Source: an uncultured Chloroflexia bacterium (GTDB taxonomy: Bacteria > Chloroflexota > Anaerolineae > Anaerolineales > Villigracilaceae). From it: a stretch of 64,000 bases of DNA. Below are positions 63,270 to 64,000 of the stretch, piece by piece. The position numbers and the translations under genes are program-made. The stretch is from assembly GCA_963752775.1 (NCBI GenBank), contig CAVVZL010000035.1, positions 10,249-74,248 of the forward strand. The letters run 5' to 3'. A model generated the notes under the pieces. That model was not told the DNA's origin and did not search any database. It was given only the letters and a program-made list of their open reading frames with translations. Numbering within the stretch: position 1 is the first letter of the stretch; each line of letters opens with the position of its first letter.

Positions 63270-63368
63270 AAATCTCTCCTATTTCTGAATGGATGGATGA
63301 TCTGCTCGCATCGATTACCTATTGAAACCATGTTCTGCCAAAATGGCATTATCGTCAATGGAATGTAT

Positions 63369-64000
63369 TTACACAAATTGTGACAAATGCCTGAAACTGT
63401 CGTTCAACGCCTTTTCCCATGATTGAACATGGTGGTACAACTCAACCGACGCATATCCGGAAAATCCATGATCCGTTAAAGCCTTGAAACTGGCAGCAAA
63501 ATCAAGCGTTCCTTCGCCCGGGATTTCATGAAAGTGAACAATGCCCGTCAGGGTATTTGCAACCATCTTATCCACCAGCAATTTGCCGTCTGGGTCTCTT
63601 GTGCTTCGCAAATAAATAAGGATTGGTCTTGCCCTTTCCAGCACATCAAAACTCAACCCCGGCACCGAAATCAAGTAGGTGAAGATTTCGTCGTCGAATG
63701 GAGTTGAACCTGCGAACAGTCCGTGGTAATCCACATAGACTGGCGTCTGCGTAATGTTGACGGAGTTCAGGATGGAATCAATACGCTTTTCCTGCTCCCT
63801 GCCGGGTTTTTCATCGTAAAAATACATGGGATGGTTTCTGTCCACCAACAAATAATCCACAGATTCCGGGAAGTAAATCAGGTAGCTGGCGAAGTCAAGA
63901 TCAAGAGTCAGAATTCTCTGCCATCTTCACAATTTTCAAGTTATATCCTGCTTGGGCATCGGAAACGTGGAGATAACGTGTGTATGGAGCGGCCTGTGCC
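63369..64000 (-). CDS. xylose-isomerase-like TIM-barrel (sugar phosphate isomerase/epimerase family) protein, partial at window edge, frame break near 63860
   Basis: The C-terminal half has VHFHEIPGEGTLDF...GFSGYASVELYHH. An upstream part (...LDLDFASYLIYFPE) lies in another frame. The N-terminus is beyond 64000. Confidence 0.6.

Overview
This is a 64-kb chromosomal, non-mobile segment of a bacterial genome. Gene content, several Pro/Thr-rich lipoproteins and a 'SEAKQS'-type palindromic repeat suggest a Chloroflexota/Anaerolineae-like organism; that is inference and cannot be verified here. I recognise about 60 protein genes. By eye I found no rRNA, tRNA, CRISPR array, transposase or integrase.

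Main blocks, left to right:
- (i) Two convergent GT-C-like polytopic membrane proteins.
- (ii) A long minus-strand array. It holds a caa3-type cytochrome c oxidase operon (ctaC, ctaD, a fused subunit IV/III, an unknown membrane protein, SURF1, a fused compact ctaA/ctaB). It also holds bcp, a lipoprotein cytochrome c, a CheY-like receiver, two MoeA paralogues (one fused to a PBP-like domain), a UbiA-like protein, an aminotransferase and a DinB protein.
- (iii) An SDR, proline dehydrogenase and a serine hydrolase.
- (iv) An FMN_bind / ApbE / RnfD-like-FNR flavinylation module.
- (v) Tryptophanase, DUF3052, recJ and ybaK.
- (vi) rplU-rpmA-rpmE, where L21 and L31 carry unusual C-terminal extensions, followed by tdk, hpt, cca and an exonuclease.
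- (vii) An NYN/LOTUS protein, a Grx-TrxR fusion and a transsulfuration PLP enzyme.
- (viii) A 6-kb alpha-2-macroglobulin gene facing pbpC, a GGDEF gene and a decayed PAS/HD-GYP gene.
- (ix) galT and a tightly coupled operon of luxS-like, DHQS-like cyclase, UbiG-like methyltransferase and UbiA prenyltransferase genes. A TIM-barrel gene lies upstream of it. The set is an ebo-like variant and runs off the right edge. I rate it the most novel-looking system in the window.

Caveat: roughly half of the conserved genes need one or more frame corrections, mostly at short homopolymers. In-frame stops of all three kinds are also scattered through conserved genes. This points to low consensus accuracy or genome decay, so coordinates of merged genes are approximate.
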